From contig CAVTRC010000001.1 of assembly GCA_963737065.1 (NCBI GenBank), positions 1,824,001 through 1,888,000 of the forward strand: a stretch of 64,000 nucleotides of DNA, written 5' to 3'. The first letter of the stretch is position 1, and every line of letters begins with the position of its first letter. This DNA is from Candidatus Eremiobacteria bacterium. GTDB lineage: Bacteria > Vulcanimicrobiota > Vulcanimicrobiia > Vulcanimicrobiales > Vulcanimicrobiaceae. The notes beneath the pieces were generated by a model. It did no database searches, was not told the origin of the DNA, and saw only the letters and a program-made list of their open reading frames with translations. Below are positions 9,869-19,330 of this stretch, one piece after another. Position numbers and translations under genes: made by a program.

Positions 9869-11287
9869 TTAGATGCTTAGCATGCTCGCGAGGCGAGTGA
9901 CGGCGCTTTTCGCCGCCGGGAACGGTGTGGCCGCATATCCGAACACGAGCCCGCTGTTACTCGCGGCTCCATAAAAATATTTGGAGAGCGCGGGCACGAT
10001 AATCCCTTCGCGTTCCGCTTGGGCCGAGATGCTGGCGTCATCGACATCCCTCGGAAGCCGTGCAATAAAATGAAGCCCCGTTTTTGAATCGACTACCGAC
10101 CAGTGTAGCCGTCGGCTTAGTTCGTCAGTGAGCAGCCTTCGGCGTTCGTCGTATACCTTTCGCATGTTGGCGACATGCCGGCCGAGGAAGCCGCGCTCGA
10201 TGAAAACCGCAAGTGCCTGTTGCAAAACACTTGGTGGCGACGCTGAATTGACCGTAAGAGCCGCTTCGAAAACCTTTACGAGCGGCTTGGGTAGGACAAT
10301 GTATGCCGTACGAAGACCGGGAGCCAGCACCTTGCTAAAGGTTCCGACGTAGAGTGTACGACGCCCATCGTCGAGACTATGTAAAGCGGGTTGAAAACGC
10401 CCGGTGTAGTTGAACTCGCTGTCGTAGTCGTCTTCAATAATCCATGCCCTGTGCTGCGCCGCCCAATTGAGGAGCGCAAGTCTCCGGTCAAGAGGAAGTA
10501 CCGCGCCTGTAGGATATTGATGCGAGGGAGTTACGTAAACGAGTTGCGCCGCGTTGCGGCTCAAGAGTTCTACACGTAATCCAAACTCATCCACTGGTAC
10601 AGGAACGACCTGAACATGCTGAGCAGCGAAAATTCCGCGAATGTTAGGGTATCCCGGATCTTCTACAATTACATGGTCCCCTGACGCTACGAGGACTCGT
10701 GCGATCAAATCAAATGCTGCTTGTGCTCCCGTTACAATTGCGATTTGTTCATGGGAACACGCGATTCCGCGAGTTTGTTGAAGTCGCGTCGAAATCTGCT
10801 CACGCAAAGAAATGTTCCCGAACGCGTCCGGATAGTCAAGCACCGAATTTGTCAACGCGCTCGATAGACTTCGCTTAAAAAGAGCTGACGGGAAAAGATC
10901 TAGCGCTGGAATTCCCGGCCGAAATGGTAGCGCAGGCCCTTCGTTTGCGGCGAAAGAGGCACCGTTGAACAGCGCTTGCGTCGCTATTGGCGCAAACTCT
11001 TCTTCTTCTTGATCCAGCAACGTGTTTGCTGGTGCATCAATTACCTCAGCAACGAAGGTTCCTGAACCATGAATCGTGACGAGGTACCCTTCGCCTTGTA
11101 ACTGAGCGAGTGCAGCGACCACAGTGTTTCTCGAGACGCCAAAATGTCGCTGAAGCTCCCGACTCGCCAGAAGTCGTTCTCCAGCTTTCAGTCTGCCCGA
11201 CAGAATCGCATCGCGCAGCGCAATTTCAATCTGCCGATGCAATGGAATCCTCGAAGATCGATCAAGGACAATTCCCCGCGTTTGCAT
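9869..11287 (-). CDS. MocR/GabR-family PLP-dependent GntR regulator
   Basis: N-terminal wHTH (LASREL..GVSRNTV, GSGTFV) plus aminotransferase domain (YVTPSHQYPTG, IIEDDYDSEF, GTFSK). Confidence 0.95.
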   Translation of the reverse strand: MQTRGIVLDRSSRIPLHRQIEIALRDAILSGRLKAGERLLASRELQRHFGVSRNTVVAALAQLQGEGYLVTIHGSGTFVAEVIDAPANTLLDQEEEEFAPIATQALFNGASFAANEGPALPFRPGIPALDLFPSALFKRSLSSALTNSVLDYPDAFGNISLREQISTRLQQTRGIACSHEQIAIVTGAQAAFDLIARVLVASGDHVIVEDPGYPNIRGIFAAQHVQVVPVPVDEFGLRVELLSRNAAQLVYVTPSHQYPTGAVLPLDRRLALLNWAAQHRAWIIEDDYDSEFNYTGRFQPALHSLDDGRRTLYVGTFSKVLAPGLRTAYIVLPKPLVKVFEAALTVNSASPPSVLQQALAVFIERGFLGRHVANMRKVYDERRRLLTDELSRRLHWSVVDSKTGLHFIARLPRDVDDASISAQAEREGIIVPALSKYFYGAASNSGLVFGYAATPFPAAKSAVTRLASMLSI

Positions 11288-11326
11288 GTGGACCCATGAT
11301 TTTTTTTATTCTGACTCTTTCCTGGT
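11282..11326. promoter_or_regulatory. MocR start/upstream region, repeat copy B, candidate MocR operator
   Basis: Includes the MocR ATG; near-identical to 1238-1283. Confidence 0.55.
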
Positions 11327-11459
11327 GTAAGTCTCACGAGCACTATACAGTAGATGCAAGTCGCGACTTGTTTTATTTAGCTTGCCTTGAACTGTTTTTT
11401 CGCTCCGTCACCTCGATGTTCGTAATTCGCGTTTTATATACAGCGGGACAACCATCGTG

Positions 11460-11753
11460 CCGGGCTGCGCCATCACCCTAACGCCGTCGCAGCCCCAGAC
11501 AGCGACCGTTTGACCAGGCTTGATCTCGCACAAGTCGGCACCCATGAAACCGGTCGGCGCCGCATCCGAGATAAACAGCCCTGCTCGTCGGAAACGCTTT
11601 CCGGATCACGAAGCAGTCGACATCGGCAAACGGGATCCGGACACATTGAGCATGTGCGCCTGCGTCCGCCAAACGCGCGGGTGTAGCCATACATCCTGCG
11701 GTCGGATAGCGGAGAGCCGTTCCTGCAGCGCGGCGTTCCGGTTGGTGTTATAA
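11460..11753 (-). pseudogene. Internal fragment of a zinc-dependent alcohol/formaldehyde dehydrogenase
   Basis: Frame-broken [54 protein letters not shown]. Confidence 0.8.
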
Positions 11754-12107
11754 AACGTTCACGTCGCCAATGGGTGGATCACCGTCGTGAACGTCACCGC
11801 ACCCGTCGTCGCAACGACGGCCAACGGTGCCATTCGAATCGGCGGCGTCGGTCCGGTGTTGGACGCGCGCACGCGGAACGGTCGAATCGACGCGACGATC
11901 GCAGCCCTTAGCGGCGGACCACCGCACGTAACGCTGAGCACCAGTAACGGAAGCATTGTGTTGCGCGTACCGCGCGGCTTTGCGACACGTCTCGATGCAA
12001 GCACCTCGAATGGCCACGTCCACAATCCGCTCAGCGGCGCCGGAGGGCCTGGCTCGGCAAGCGCGCGCACATCGAACGGCAGTATCGACATTACGGTCCG
12101 CCCCTAA
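11754..12107 (+). pseudogene. DUF4097 beta-strand repeat protein, 5'-truncated
   Basis: Repeated T(S/A/R)NGxI units; in-frame TAA at 11751 and no signal peptide. Confidence 0.7.
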
Positions 12108-12164
12108 AGCGTCCTAAATCGGCGAAAAGGGGCGTTTCGCCGGAGACCAAATCCAACGGATACT

Positions 12165-13145
12165 TTGGCGACTCTTGGAATCGACTCGCTGCTGCGCGAG
12201 TTCAGTGATGCACGGCCGCGTGGGCTTGCGCGGGCGATCTCGTGGGCGGAAAGCGGGCGCGGCGCGGAACTCATTAGGCGTGTCTATCCGCGCACGGGAC
12301 ACGCGATGACGATCGGACTGACCGGGCCGCCCGGTGTAGGAAAATCAACGCTCTCATCGGCAATCGTGCGCAAGGCGCGCTCGCTCGGCAAAACGGTCGG
12401 TGTGATTTCCGTCGACCCGAGTTCACCGTTTTCGCACGGTGCATTGCTCGGCGATCGCATTCGTCTCACCGAGCACTTCGTCGATCCGAACGTGTTCATT
12501 CGCTCGATGGCAAGTCGCGGACACTTGGGTGGACTCGCCGGCGCCACCGCGGATGCCGTGCTGCTGATGGATGCTTTTGGACTCGACGTCGTGCTGATCG
12601 AAACGGTCGGCGTGGGACAAAGTGAAATCGAGATCGCAGAGCTTGCGCAGACGACGCTCGTTGCATTGCAGCCGGGGAGCGGCGATTCAATTCAAGTGCT
12701 CAAAGCCGGCATCATGGAAATCGCCGACATCTTCATCGTCAACAAATCCGATCACCCGATGGCAAATCAAATGCGCCGCGAGATCCGCGGGATGATGGAA
12801 ATGCTCCAATTTGCCGGGTGGGTACCCGAACTCATCATGACCCAGGCGTTATCCGGCGACGGCATCGATGATTTGTGGAGAGCGATTGAGGCGCACCTCG
12901 TGTATTTGAACGAGACGGGCGAGATCGAGGAAAAACGCCGTGAAGCCTTCACGCACCAAGTGCGTCAGCTCGCCATGGGACGTTTGCAGAAGCGATTGCA
13001 GCACGAACTCCGTGAGGTGCGTACGGATGTCGATCCGTATGCTGCCGCGGACGCCGTGTTGAGGCGATTTAACGCAACCGGTGAAGACGCGGACGTCGAA
13101 GAACCGCCGGTTCGGCCGCGCGCGGTCGTCAAGGGTTTGACGTAA
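12165..13145 (+). CDS. meaB: Methylmalonyl-CoA mutase-associated GTPase MeaB
   Basis: GPPGVGKS, VDPSSPFSHGALLGDRIR, IETVGVGQSE, NKSD. Confidence 0.95.
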   Translation: MATLGIDSLLREFSDARPRGLARAISWAESGRGAELIRRVYPRTGHAMTIGLTGPPGVGKSTLSSAIVRKARSLGKTVGVISVDPSSPFSHGALLGDRIRLTEHFVDPNVFIRSMASRGHLGGLAGATADAVLLMDAFGLDVVLIETVGVGQSEIEIAELAQTTLVALQPGSGDSIQVLKAGIMEIADIFIVNKSDHPMANQMRREIRGMMEMLQFAGWVPELIMTQALSGDGIDDLWRAIEAHLVYLNETGEIEEKRREAFTHQVRQLAMGRLQKRLQHELREVRTDVDPYAAADAVLRRFNATGEDADVEEPPVRPRAVVKGLT

Positions 13146-13152
13146 CGACCTC

Positions 13153-14106
13153 GTGGAAACTCGAGCCCGACCGACGCTGCGCCGGCCGTCACTTTTAGCA
13201 TCGATCGCTCGTCTCCCTCGAGTGATCGCATTGCTGCTCTCGGTCGTCGTACTGACCGCGCAAACGCCGGCGCCGGCGTCTTCACCAACCGCGAACGAGC
13301 TCGTGTTCCGCGCGCTCTCGCGTCTTCGTTCGTATGGGACGCCGCCGTATGTCGTGTACATGACGGTCGAAAACGGTGAGTACCACCGCATTGCGTTTCG
13401 GGGCGCCGACGAGATGATGAACGACGTGACGCTTCCCGTCGGATCACGACTACCCGACGCGCGCATTTACCGGGCGTTCGTCGGCCCGATTTCGCGCTCG
13501 GTGCACGAGGCGATCGCAACGCCGTCACCATCATCGAGCGCGTCTCCGCCGGCGAGCGCGTCTCCATCGGCGAGCGCGTCGCCGGCATCATCGAGCGCGT
13601 CGCCGTCATCATCGTCGCCGCACCAATCGCCTCTCGATTTGGAGGCGTCGCTAAAGACGATTGCCGTCGTCTCCTCCCACGGGCATCTCTACGACGTCAC
13701 GATGAAGGGAACCCAAACGATCGAGGGCCATCGCGTCTATCACATCACCTTGCATCCGCGACGCGACGCAGAAGACAACGCATTGCGCGATCTCTGGATC
13801 GACACGGAGACGTACGACGTGTGGCGCGCCGCGTACGTCACCGCGCCCGACGTGCAAATCGTCGGCGGCGAAGCCGATCTTACCGTCGACTTCACGACCG
13901 TGGGAAACTACCGGATCGCGTCGAGCTGGATCGCGGTCTATCACGCGCCCGGCATGCGGGGCGGCGTCTACCGTCAACTGCGCGTCGTGAAAATGGCCTT
14001 TCCCGAGACGCTTCCCGACTGGCTCTTCGACGAACCGCAGTATGCGAAGCGCATCCACGAACACGCAGCCGACTATTTAGGAGACATTTTTAGCAAGCCA
14101 CCCTAA
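13153..14106 (+). CDS. Secreted hypothetical protein (LolA/lipoprotein-sorting-like C-terminus, Ser/Pro linker)
   Basis: Signal-like N-terminus; VYHITLHP..LRDLWIDTETY; sits in operon between meaB and the mutase. Confidence 0.65.
   Translation: METRARPTLRRPSLLASIARLPRVIALLLSVVVLTAQTPAPASSPTANELVFRALSRLRSYGTPPYVVYMTVENGEYHRIAFRGADEMMNDVTLPVGSRLPDARIYRAFVGPISRSVHEAIATPSPSSSASPPASASPSASASPASSSASPSSSSPHQSPLDLEASLKTIAVVSSHGHLYDVTMKGTQTIEGHRVYHITLHPRRDAEDNALRDLWIDTETYDVWRAAYVTAPDVQIVGGEADLTVDFTTVGNYRIASSWIAVYHAPGMRGGVYRQLRVVKMAFPETLPDWLFDEPQYAKRIHEHAADYLGDIFSKPP
13535..13615 (+). repeat. Four 18-21 bp tandem units CGAGCGCGTC(T/G)CC.. encoding SASP linker
   Basis: Direct reading of the sequence. 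Confidence 0.85.
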
Positions 14107-14205
14107 GCAAGCCGTGCGATCGCACGACGACCTCTTCACTTGCGGGGCGGCTTCGGGTTTGGGAGAATAGGGCGTCTGAAATCCCTATTAAGAGGAAGTT
14201 CCAGC

Positions 14206-15873
14206 TTGGCTAAAATGATCGACCGCCCCAACGGTGAGCTTGCCGAACGATCCCGGGCGAAGACGGCTGCGGGGCATTTGCGGAGCGGAGCGGGTTCCGG
14301 GGCGATCGACCGCACGATCTCCGATGTACCGCTGAAGACGGTCTACGAGCCGCAAGACGTTACGCACGTCAATGCACCGCCGGGCGAGTATCCGTATACC
14401 CGCGGCATTCACAAAAACGGGTACCGCGACCGCCTGTGGACGATGCGTCAGTTCGCGGGCTTTGGCAACGCCAAGCAGACCAACGAGCGGTATCATTTTC
14501 TGCTCTCGCAAGGGCAGCACGGGCTCTCCGTTGCCTTCGACATGCCGACGTTGATGGGTTATGATTCCGATGCGCCGCAAGCGCGCGGCGAAGTCGGAAA
14601 GTGCGGCGTCGCGATCGACTCGCTGCGCGACATGGAGCAGCTCTTCGACGGGATCGACATGGGCGATATCACGACGTCGATGACGATCAACGGCCCGGCG
14701 GCAATCGCCGTTGCGCAATACATCGCCGCCGCCGAGAAGAAGGGCATTCCGCGTACGGCCCTCGGCGGCACGATTCAAGCGGATATTCTCAAAGAGTACA
14801 TCGCGCAGAAAGAATGGATCTTTCCGCCGCGTCCGCACATGCGTGCGATCGTTGACATGATCGAATTCTGCACGACGGAAATGCCGAAGTGGAATACGAT
14901 TTCGATCTCGGGCTATCACATTCGTGAAGCGGGATCGACAGCAGCCCAAGAGCTCGCGTTTACGCTCGCCGACGGCTTTGCATACGTTGAAGCGGCGATA
15001 GCGCGTGGTCTGGACGTTGATTCGTTTGCGCCGCGGCTCTCGTTTTTCTTCAATTCGCACGTCGACTTTTTCGAAGAGATTGCAAAGTTCCGCGCGGCGC
15101 GGCGCATCTATGCGAAGCGCATGCGTGAACGGTACGGCGCGAAGAATCCGAAGTCGTGGCAGCTGCGTTTCCACACGCAAACGGCCGGCTGCAGCGCGAC
15201 CGCGCAACAGCCCGAAAACAACATCGTGCGCGTGGCCTACGAGGCGATGGCGGCGGTGCTCGGCGGAACGCAGTCGCTGCACACCAATTCGATGGACGAA
15301 GTGCTCGCGCTGCCGACCGAAAAATCGGTCGAAATCGCACTGCGCACGCAACAAGTGCTCGCGTATGAAACGAACGTCACGAACGTTGTCGATCCGCTCG
15401 GTGGATCGTACTTCGTCGAAGCGCTGACCGACGAGATGGAGCGCCAAGCCGAAGCGTACTTCCAACAGATCGAAGAGTACGGCGGCGTGATCGAAGCGAT
15501 CGAAGCCGGGTTCTTCCAGAAAGAGATTGCCGAGGCGAGCTACCGTTATCAGCGGTCCATCGAAACGAAAGATCGTATCATCGTCGGCGTGAACTACTTC
15601 GAGCGTGAAGAAGACCGGCGTGATTTGGACCTGCTCAAGATCACGGAAGAGGTAGCGCAGGGACAAGCGCGCGCGCTGCAAGAGCTGCGGACGGCGCGCG
15701 ATAACGGCAAGGTGCAACAGGTGCTCGAGCGTTTGCAGCAAGCTTGCCGCGACGCAAACGACAATCTCATGCCGCATCTCATCGACTGCGTCAACGCTTA
15801 CTGCACCGAAGGCGAAATCGTTGAATCGATGGTGGCGGTCTACGGCCGGTATACGGAGCGTTCGGTGTTTTAG
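14206..15873 (+). CDS. Methylmalonyl-CoA mutase family, substrate-binding (large) subunit
   Basis: [50 protein letters not shown] start 9 nt after AGAGGA. Confidence 0.95.
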   Translation: MAKMIDRPNGELAERSRAKTAAGHLRSGAGSGAIDRTISDVPLKTVYEPQDVTHVNAPPGEYPYTRGIHKNGYRDRLWTMRQFAGFGNAKQTNERYHFLLSQGQHGLSVAFDMPTLMGYDSDAPQARGEVGKCGVAIDSLRDMEQLFDGIDMGDITTSMTINGPAAIAVAQYIAAAEKKGIPRTALGGTIQADILKEYIAQKEWIFPPRPHMRAIVDMIEFCTTEMPKWNTISISGYHIREAGSTAAQELAFTLADGFAYVEAAIARGLDVDSFAPRLSFFFNSHVDFFEEIAKFRAARRIYAKRMRERYGAKNPKSWQLRFHTQTAGCSATAQQPENNIVRVAYEAMAAVLGGTQSLHTNSMDEVLALPTEKSVEIALRTQQVLAYETNVTNVVDPLGGSYFVEALTDEMERQAEAYFQQIEEYGGVIEAIEAGFFQKEIAEASYRYQRSIETKDRIIVGVNYFEREEDRRDLDLLKITEEVAQGQARALQELRTARDNGKVQQVLERLQQACRDANDNLMPHLIDCVNAYCTEGEIVESMVAVYGRYTERSVF

Positions 15874-15992
15874 TGTCATGCGAATAAGAAATGAATTCGA
15901 ACGGCATCGCGTGCGACGGACGCTCGCTGAGGTGAAACGCAAGCTCGAAGAAGCGTTGCGCTTGAGCGAGGAACTTCAACGTAAAGGAATCT

Positions 15993-16409
15993 ATGGCCAA
16001 CCGACCACTGCGCCTCGTCATCGCTAAGGCGGGGCTCGACGGTCACGACCGCGGCGCGAAAGTCATCGCTCGCGCGTTGCGTGATGCAGGTATGGAAGTG
16101 ATTTACACGGGACTGTTCCAGACGCCGGAACAAATCGTGCAAACGGCGATTCAAGAAGATGCCGACGGGATTGGGCTCTCGATTCTCTCGGGCGCGCACA
16201 TGACGCTCTTTCCGCTCGTGCTCCAGCAATTGAAAGCACAAGACGCGGAAGATGTAGTGTTTTTCGGCGGCGGGACGATTCCGCCCGAAGACGCAGACGA
16301 GCTCCGCAGACTCGGCGTGAAGGCGGTGTTTACGCCGGGCGCACCACTCCAAGACATCATCGATTTCGTCGAAGCGGAGTGCGGCAAGCGACGCGAGCTA
16401 GTCGGTTAG
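15993..16409 (+). CDS. Methylmalonyl-CoA mutase cobalamin-binding small subunit
   Basis: GLDGHDRGAK (DxHxxG), SILSGAH, GGGTIP. Confidence 0.95.
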   Translation: MANRPLRLVIAKAGLDGHDRGAKVIARALRDAGMEVIYTGLFQTPEQIVQTAIQEDADGIGLSILSGAHMTLFPLVLQQLKAQDAEDVVFFGGGTIPPEDADELRRLGVKAVFTPGAPLQDIIDFVEAECGKRRELVG

Positions 16410-16411
16410 TT

Positions 16412-16429
16412 CTTCGACGAGCTCAGGAC
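16412..16429 (+). repeat. REP-like short element, copy 1 (intergenic)
   Basis: CTTCGACGAGCTCAGGAC; matches 38698 and 39428 copies. Confidence 0.7.
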
Positions 16430-16439
16430 TAAAGTGTAC

Positions 16440-17942
16440 ATGAAAGTACGCACGCGGGTCGCCCCGTCTCCCACGGGCGACCCTCATGTCGGCACGGCGT
16501 ATGTTGCGCTGGTCAATTACTGTTTCGCCAAACATAACGGCGGCGATTTTCTGCTGCGCATCGAGGACACCGATCGCGCGCGCAGTACGCCGGAGAGCGA
16601 ACGCGCGATCCTCGACTCGTTGCATTGGCTCGGCCTCTCGTGGGACGAGGGTCCGGACGTCGGCGGACCGCACGGACCGTATCGACAGAGTGAACGTTCG
16701 GCGATCTACAACAAATACGTTCAACAGTTGCTCGATCAAGGCGACGCATTCAAATGCTTCTGCACCGCCGACCGATTGGAAGACATGCGTGTCGCGCAGC
16801 AAGCCGCGGGATTGCCGCCGCGCTACGATGGCTTGTGCCTGACATATTCAGGCGAAGAGATCGAACGCCGGCAAGCAGCGGGTGAACCGTACGTTGTCCG
16901 GATGAAGGTGCCGGATCACGGCGTTTGCGTTGTCGAGGATGAGCGACGCGGCGACATCGAGTTCGATTGGAAGACCGTCGACATGCAAGTATTGATGAAG
17001 TCCGACGGGTTGCCCACCTACCATCTTGCGAACGTCGTCGACGATCATTTGATGGAAATCACACATGTGATGCGCGGCGAAGAATGGATTTCCAGCGCGC
17101 CCAAACACGTATTGCTCTATCGATACTTCGGCTGGGAGATGCCGAAGCTGATTCACTTACCGCTCCTGCGAAATCCGGACAAGTCGAAGCTGTCAAAGCG
17201 CAAGAATCCGACCGGAATTCTGTTTTATCAAGCGATGGGGTATTTACCCGAAGCGCTGCTGAACTTTTTGGGACTGCTCTCGAACTCGCTGCCGCAGGGC
17301 CAGGACGAGATGATGCTACTTCCCGAGATGGTCGCGCACTTTTCGCTCGAGCACATTCCGCTCGGCGGTCCGGTGTTCGACGTGGCGAAACTCAACTGGC
17401 TCAACGGCCGCTATATCCGCGAGCGGCTCGACGTCGATCAATTCATGGAGCACGTGTCGGCATGGGGATTCGCACCGGAGCGTTTGAAGCGGATCGCATC
17501 CATCTCACAGAGTCGCGTCGAGCGGTTGAGCGATCTCGGACTGCTGGCGGCCTTTTTCTTCGCCGGACGTTTGCCGCTAACGGCAGATCAATTTCGCACC
17601 AATAAAATGAGCGATCTCGAGGTGCGTCAGGCGCTTACGCTTGCGATGTGGGACCTCGACGCGCTTCGGGAATGGAACGTCCAAGGCATCGAGACGGTGC
17701 TCAAACGCGTCGGTGACGTGCTCGGGAAAAAGTTCCGGGACGTCGCGCGCCCGTTTTACGTTGCGATTACCGGCAGCCCCACATCGGTACCGCTATTCGA
17801 CGCGATCGAGCTGCTTGGGCGCGATATGGCGCGCGAACGACTGCGCGTCGCGCTCGACGTGCTGGGCGCGCCGAGTAAAAAGGAACAAGACGAGTGGAAG
17901 AAGCTGCTCAACGGGTCCGATTCGGAGGGAACGCTTTCATGA
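16440..17942 (+). CDS. gltX: Glutamate--tRNA ligase
   Basis: RTRVAPSPTGDPHVGT (HIGH-like), LRIEDTD, KLSKR. Confidence 0.97.
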   Translation: MKVRTRVAPSPTGDPHVGTAYVALVNYCFAKHNGGDFLLRIEDTDRARSTPESERAILDSLHWLGLSWDEGPDVGGPHGPYRQSERSAIYNKYVQQLLDQGDAFKCFCTADRLEDMRVAQQAAGLPPRYDGLCLTYSGEEIERRQAAGEPYVVRMKVPDHGVCVVEDERRGDIEFDWKTVDMQVLMKSDGLPTYHLANVVDDHLMEITHVMRGEEWISSAPKHVLLYRYFGWEMPKLIHLPLLRNPDKSKLSKRKNPTGILFYQAMGYLPEALLNFLGLLSNSLPQGQDEMMLLPEMVAHFSLEHIPLGGPVFDVAKLNWLNGRYIRERLDVDQFMEHVSAWGFAPERLKRIASISQSRVERLSDLGLLAAFFFAGRLPLTADQFRTNKMSDLEVRQALTLAMWDLDALREWNVQGIETVLKRVGDVLGKKFRDVARPFYVAITGSPTSVPLFDAIELLGRDMARERLRVALDVLGAPSKKEQDEWKKLLNGSDSEGTLS

Positions 17943-19285
17943 CGCTGCGCGCGATCGTTCTCGCGGCCGGTAAAGGCACGCGGATGAAGAGTGCAACGCC
18001 GAAGGTTTTACACGAGCTGTGCGGCCGGCCGATGCTGTGGTATACGATCTCCGCGCTGCGCCGTTCCGGTATAGTCGATATTCTCGTCGTGACGAACGAC
18101 GAGCTCGAACCGCGCATCGCGGAATTCGACGTACGCAGCGTCGTACAAAAAGAGCAACTCGGTACGGGGCACGCCGTGAAAGTTGCGCTCGATTCGCTTG
18201 ATGTCCAAAGCGGCGGCCGCATCATCGTCGCATACGGCGACATGCCGCTCATCACCGAAGAAATTTTCCGCGGCATGGTGGGCTCGCTCGAAGCGGATGG
18301 TGCGCCCGGCGCCGCAATGGCCCTTGTAACCGTGAAGATGCCGCTACCCTCGGGTTTTGGGCGCATCGTGCGCGAAGGACATGACGTAGAGCGTATCGTC
18401 GAAGTTCGCGATGCCTCGCCGCACGAGCTCGAGATCGATGAAATGAACGCCGGCATCTATGCGTTCGCCGAAGACGAACTTCGCGATGCCGTCGCCCAGT
18501 TGAAAGACGACAACGCGCAAAAGGAGTATTACCTCACGGACGCGGTCGAGTATTTCGTGCGACGGGGCAGGCGCGTGCGTCCCGTACTGTGCGGCGATCA
18601 TCTGCACGTGCTCGGGATCAACGATCGCGCGGAGCTTGCGCGCGCGCGCAAAGAGATGAACGCGCGCATTTGCGCGCAGCACATGCGCGACGGCGTAACG
18701 ATCGTCGATCCGGACACGACATATCTGGAGCCCGAACTGAAGATCGGCCGCGACACGGTGATTTATCCGGGCAGCAGCATCTCGCTGTTAAGCGAAATCG
18801 GGGAACGGTGCGTGATCGGTCCGCACACTCGCATTTCGGACGCGAAGGTCGGCAACGACGTGACGATTCGCGAAAGCGTTATCGCGGAAAGCGAGGTGGG
18901 CGACGAGTCGGCAATTGGCCCGTTCGCGCATATCAGAGCTCATTCGGTCCTGGACGGCGACAATCGCGTCGGTAACTTCGTTGAAGTCAAGAACGCGCAC
19001 TACGCGAAGGGCGCGAAATCGGCGCACTTGTCGTACCTCGGCGATGCGTCGATCGGGGAAGAAAGTAACATCGGCGCCGGCACGATCACGTGCAACTACG
19101 ACGGCAAAAAGAAAAACCGTACGACGATCGGAAAAAACGTGTCGATCGGCTCGAACACGTTGATCGTTGCGCCGCGCACGATCGGCGACGGCGCGCTCAC
19201 CGGTGCGGGTTCCGTGATCACGAAAGATGTGTCGCCGGGAGAGCGCGTAGCCGGAAATCCGGCGAAGGCTCTTCCGAAGAAGTAA
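17939..19285 (+). CDS. glmU: Bifunctional UDP-GlcNAc pyrophosphorylase/glucosamine-1-P acetyltransferase
   Basis: LAAGKGTRMKS, QLGTGHAV, EYYLTD, GNFVEVK, NYDG; ATGA overlap with gltX stop. Confidence 0.97.
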   Translation: MTLRAIVLAAGKGTRMKSATPKVLHELCGRPMLWYTISALRRSGIVDILVVTNDELEPRIAEFDVRSVVQKEQLGTGHAVKVALDSLDVQSGGRIIVAYGDMPLITEEIFRGMVGSLEADGAPGAAMALVTVKMPLPSGFGRIVREGHDVERIVEVRDASPHELEIDEMNAGIYAFAEDELRDAVAQLKDDNAQKEYYLTDAVEYFVRRGRRVRPVLCGDHLHVLGINDRAELARARKEMNARICAQHMRDGVTIVDPDTTYLEPELKIGRDTVIYPGSSISLLSEIGERCVIGPHTRISDAKVGNDVTIRESVIAESEVGDESAIGPFAHIRAHSVLDGDNRVGNFVEVKNAHYAKGAKSAHLSYLGDASIGEESNIGAGTITCNYDGKKKNRTTIGKNVSIGSNTLIVAPRTIGDGALTGAGSVITKDVSPGERVAGNPAKALPKK

Positions 19286-19330
19286 CGCGGTTTCATCGCG
19301 CGAACGTCGTGCGCCGGAGGTTCCCTGCAC

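Noticed and set aside
14140..14200. Possible cobalamin riboswitch before the mutase (AATAGGG..CCCTATT hairpin 14166-14189)
   Set aside because: No B12 box or GCCACTG-type core and too short; only a 7-bp stem
14188..15942. 584-aa antisense ORF over the mutase, and similar long antisense ORFs over uvrB, uvrA, rplY/prs and the Cache gene
   Set aside because: Expected shadow of high-GC codon bias; no motifs; fully overlaps confident genes
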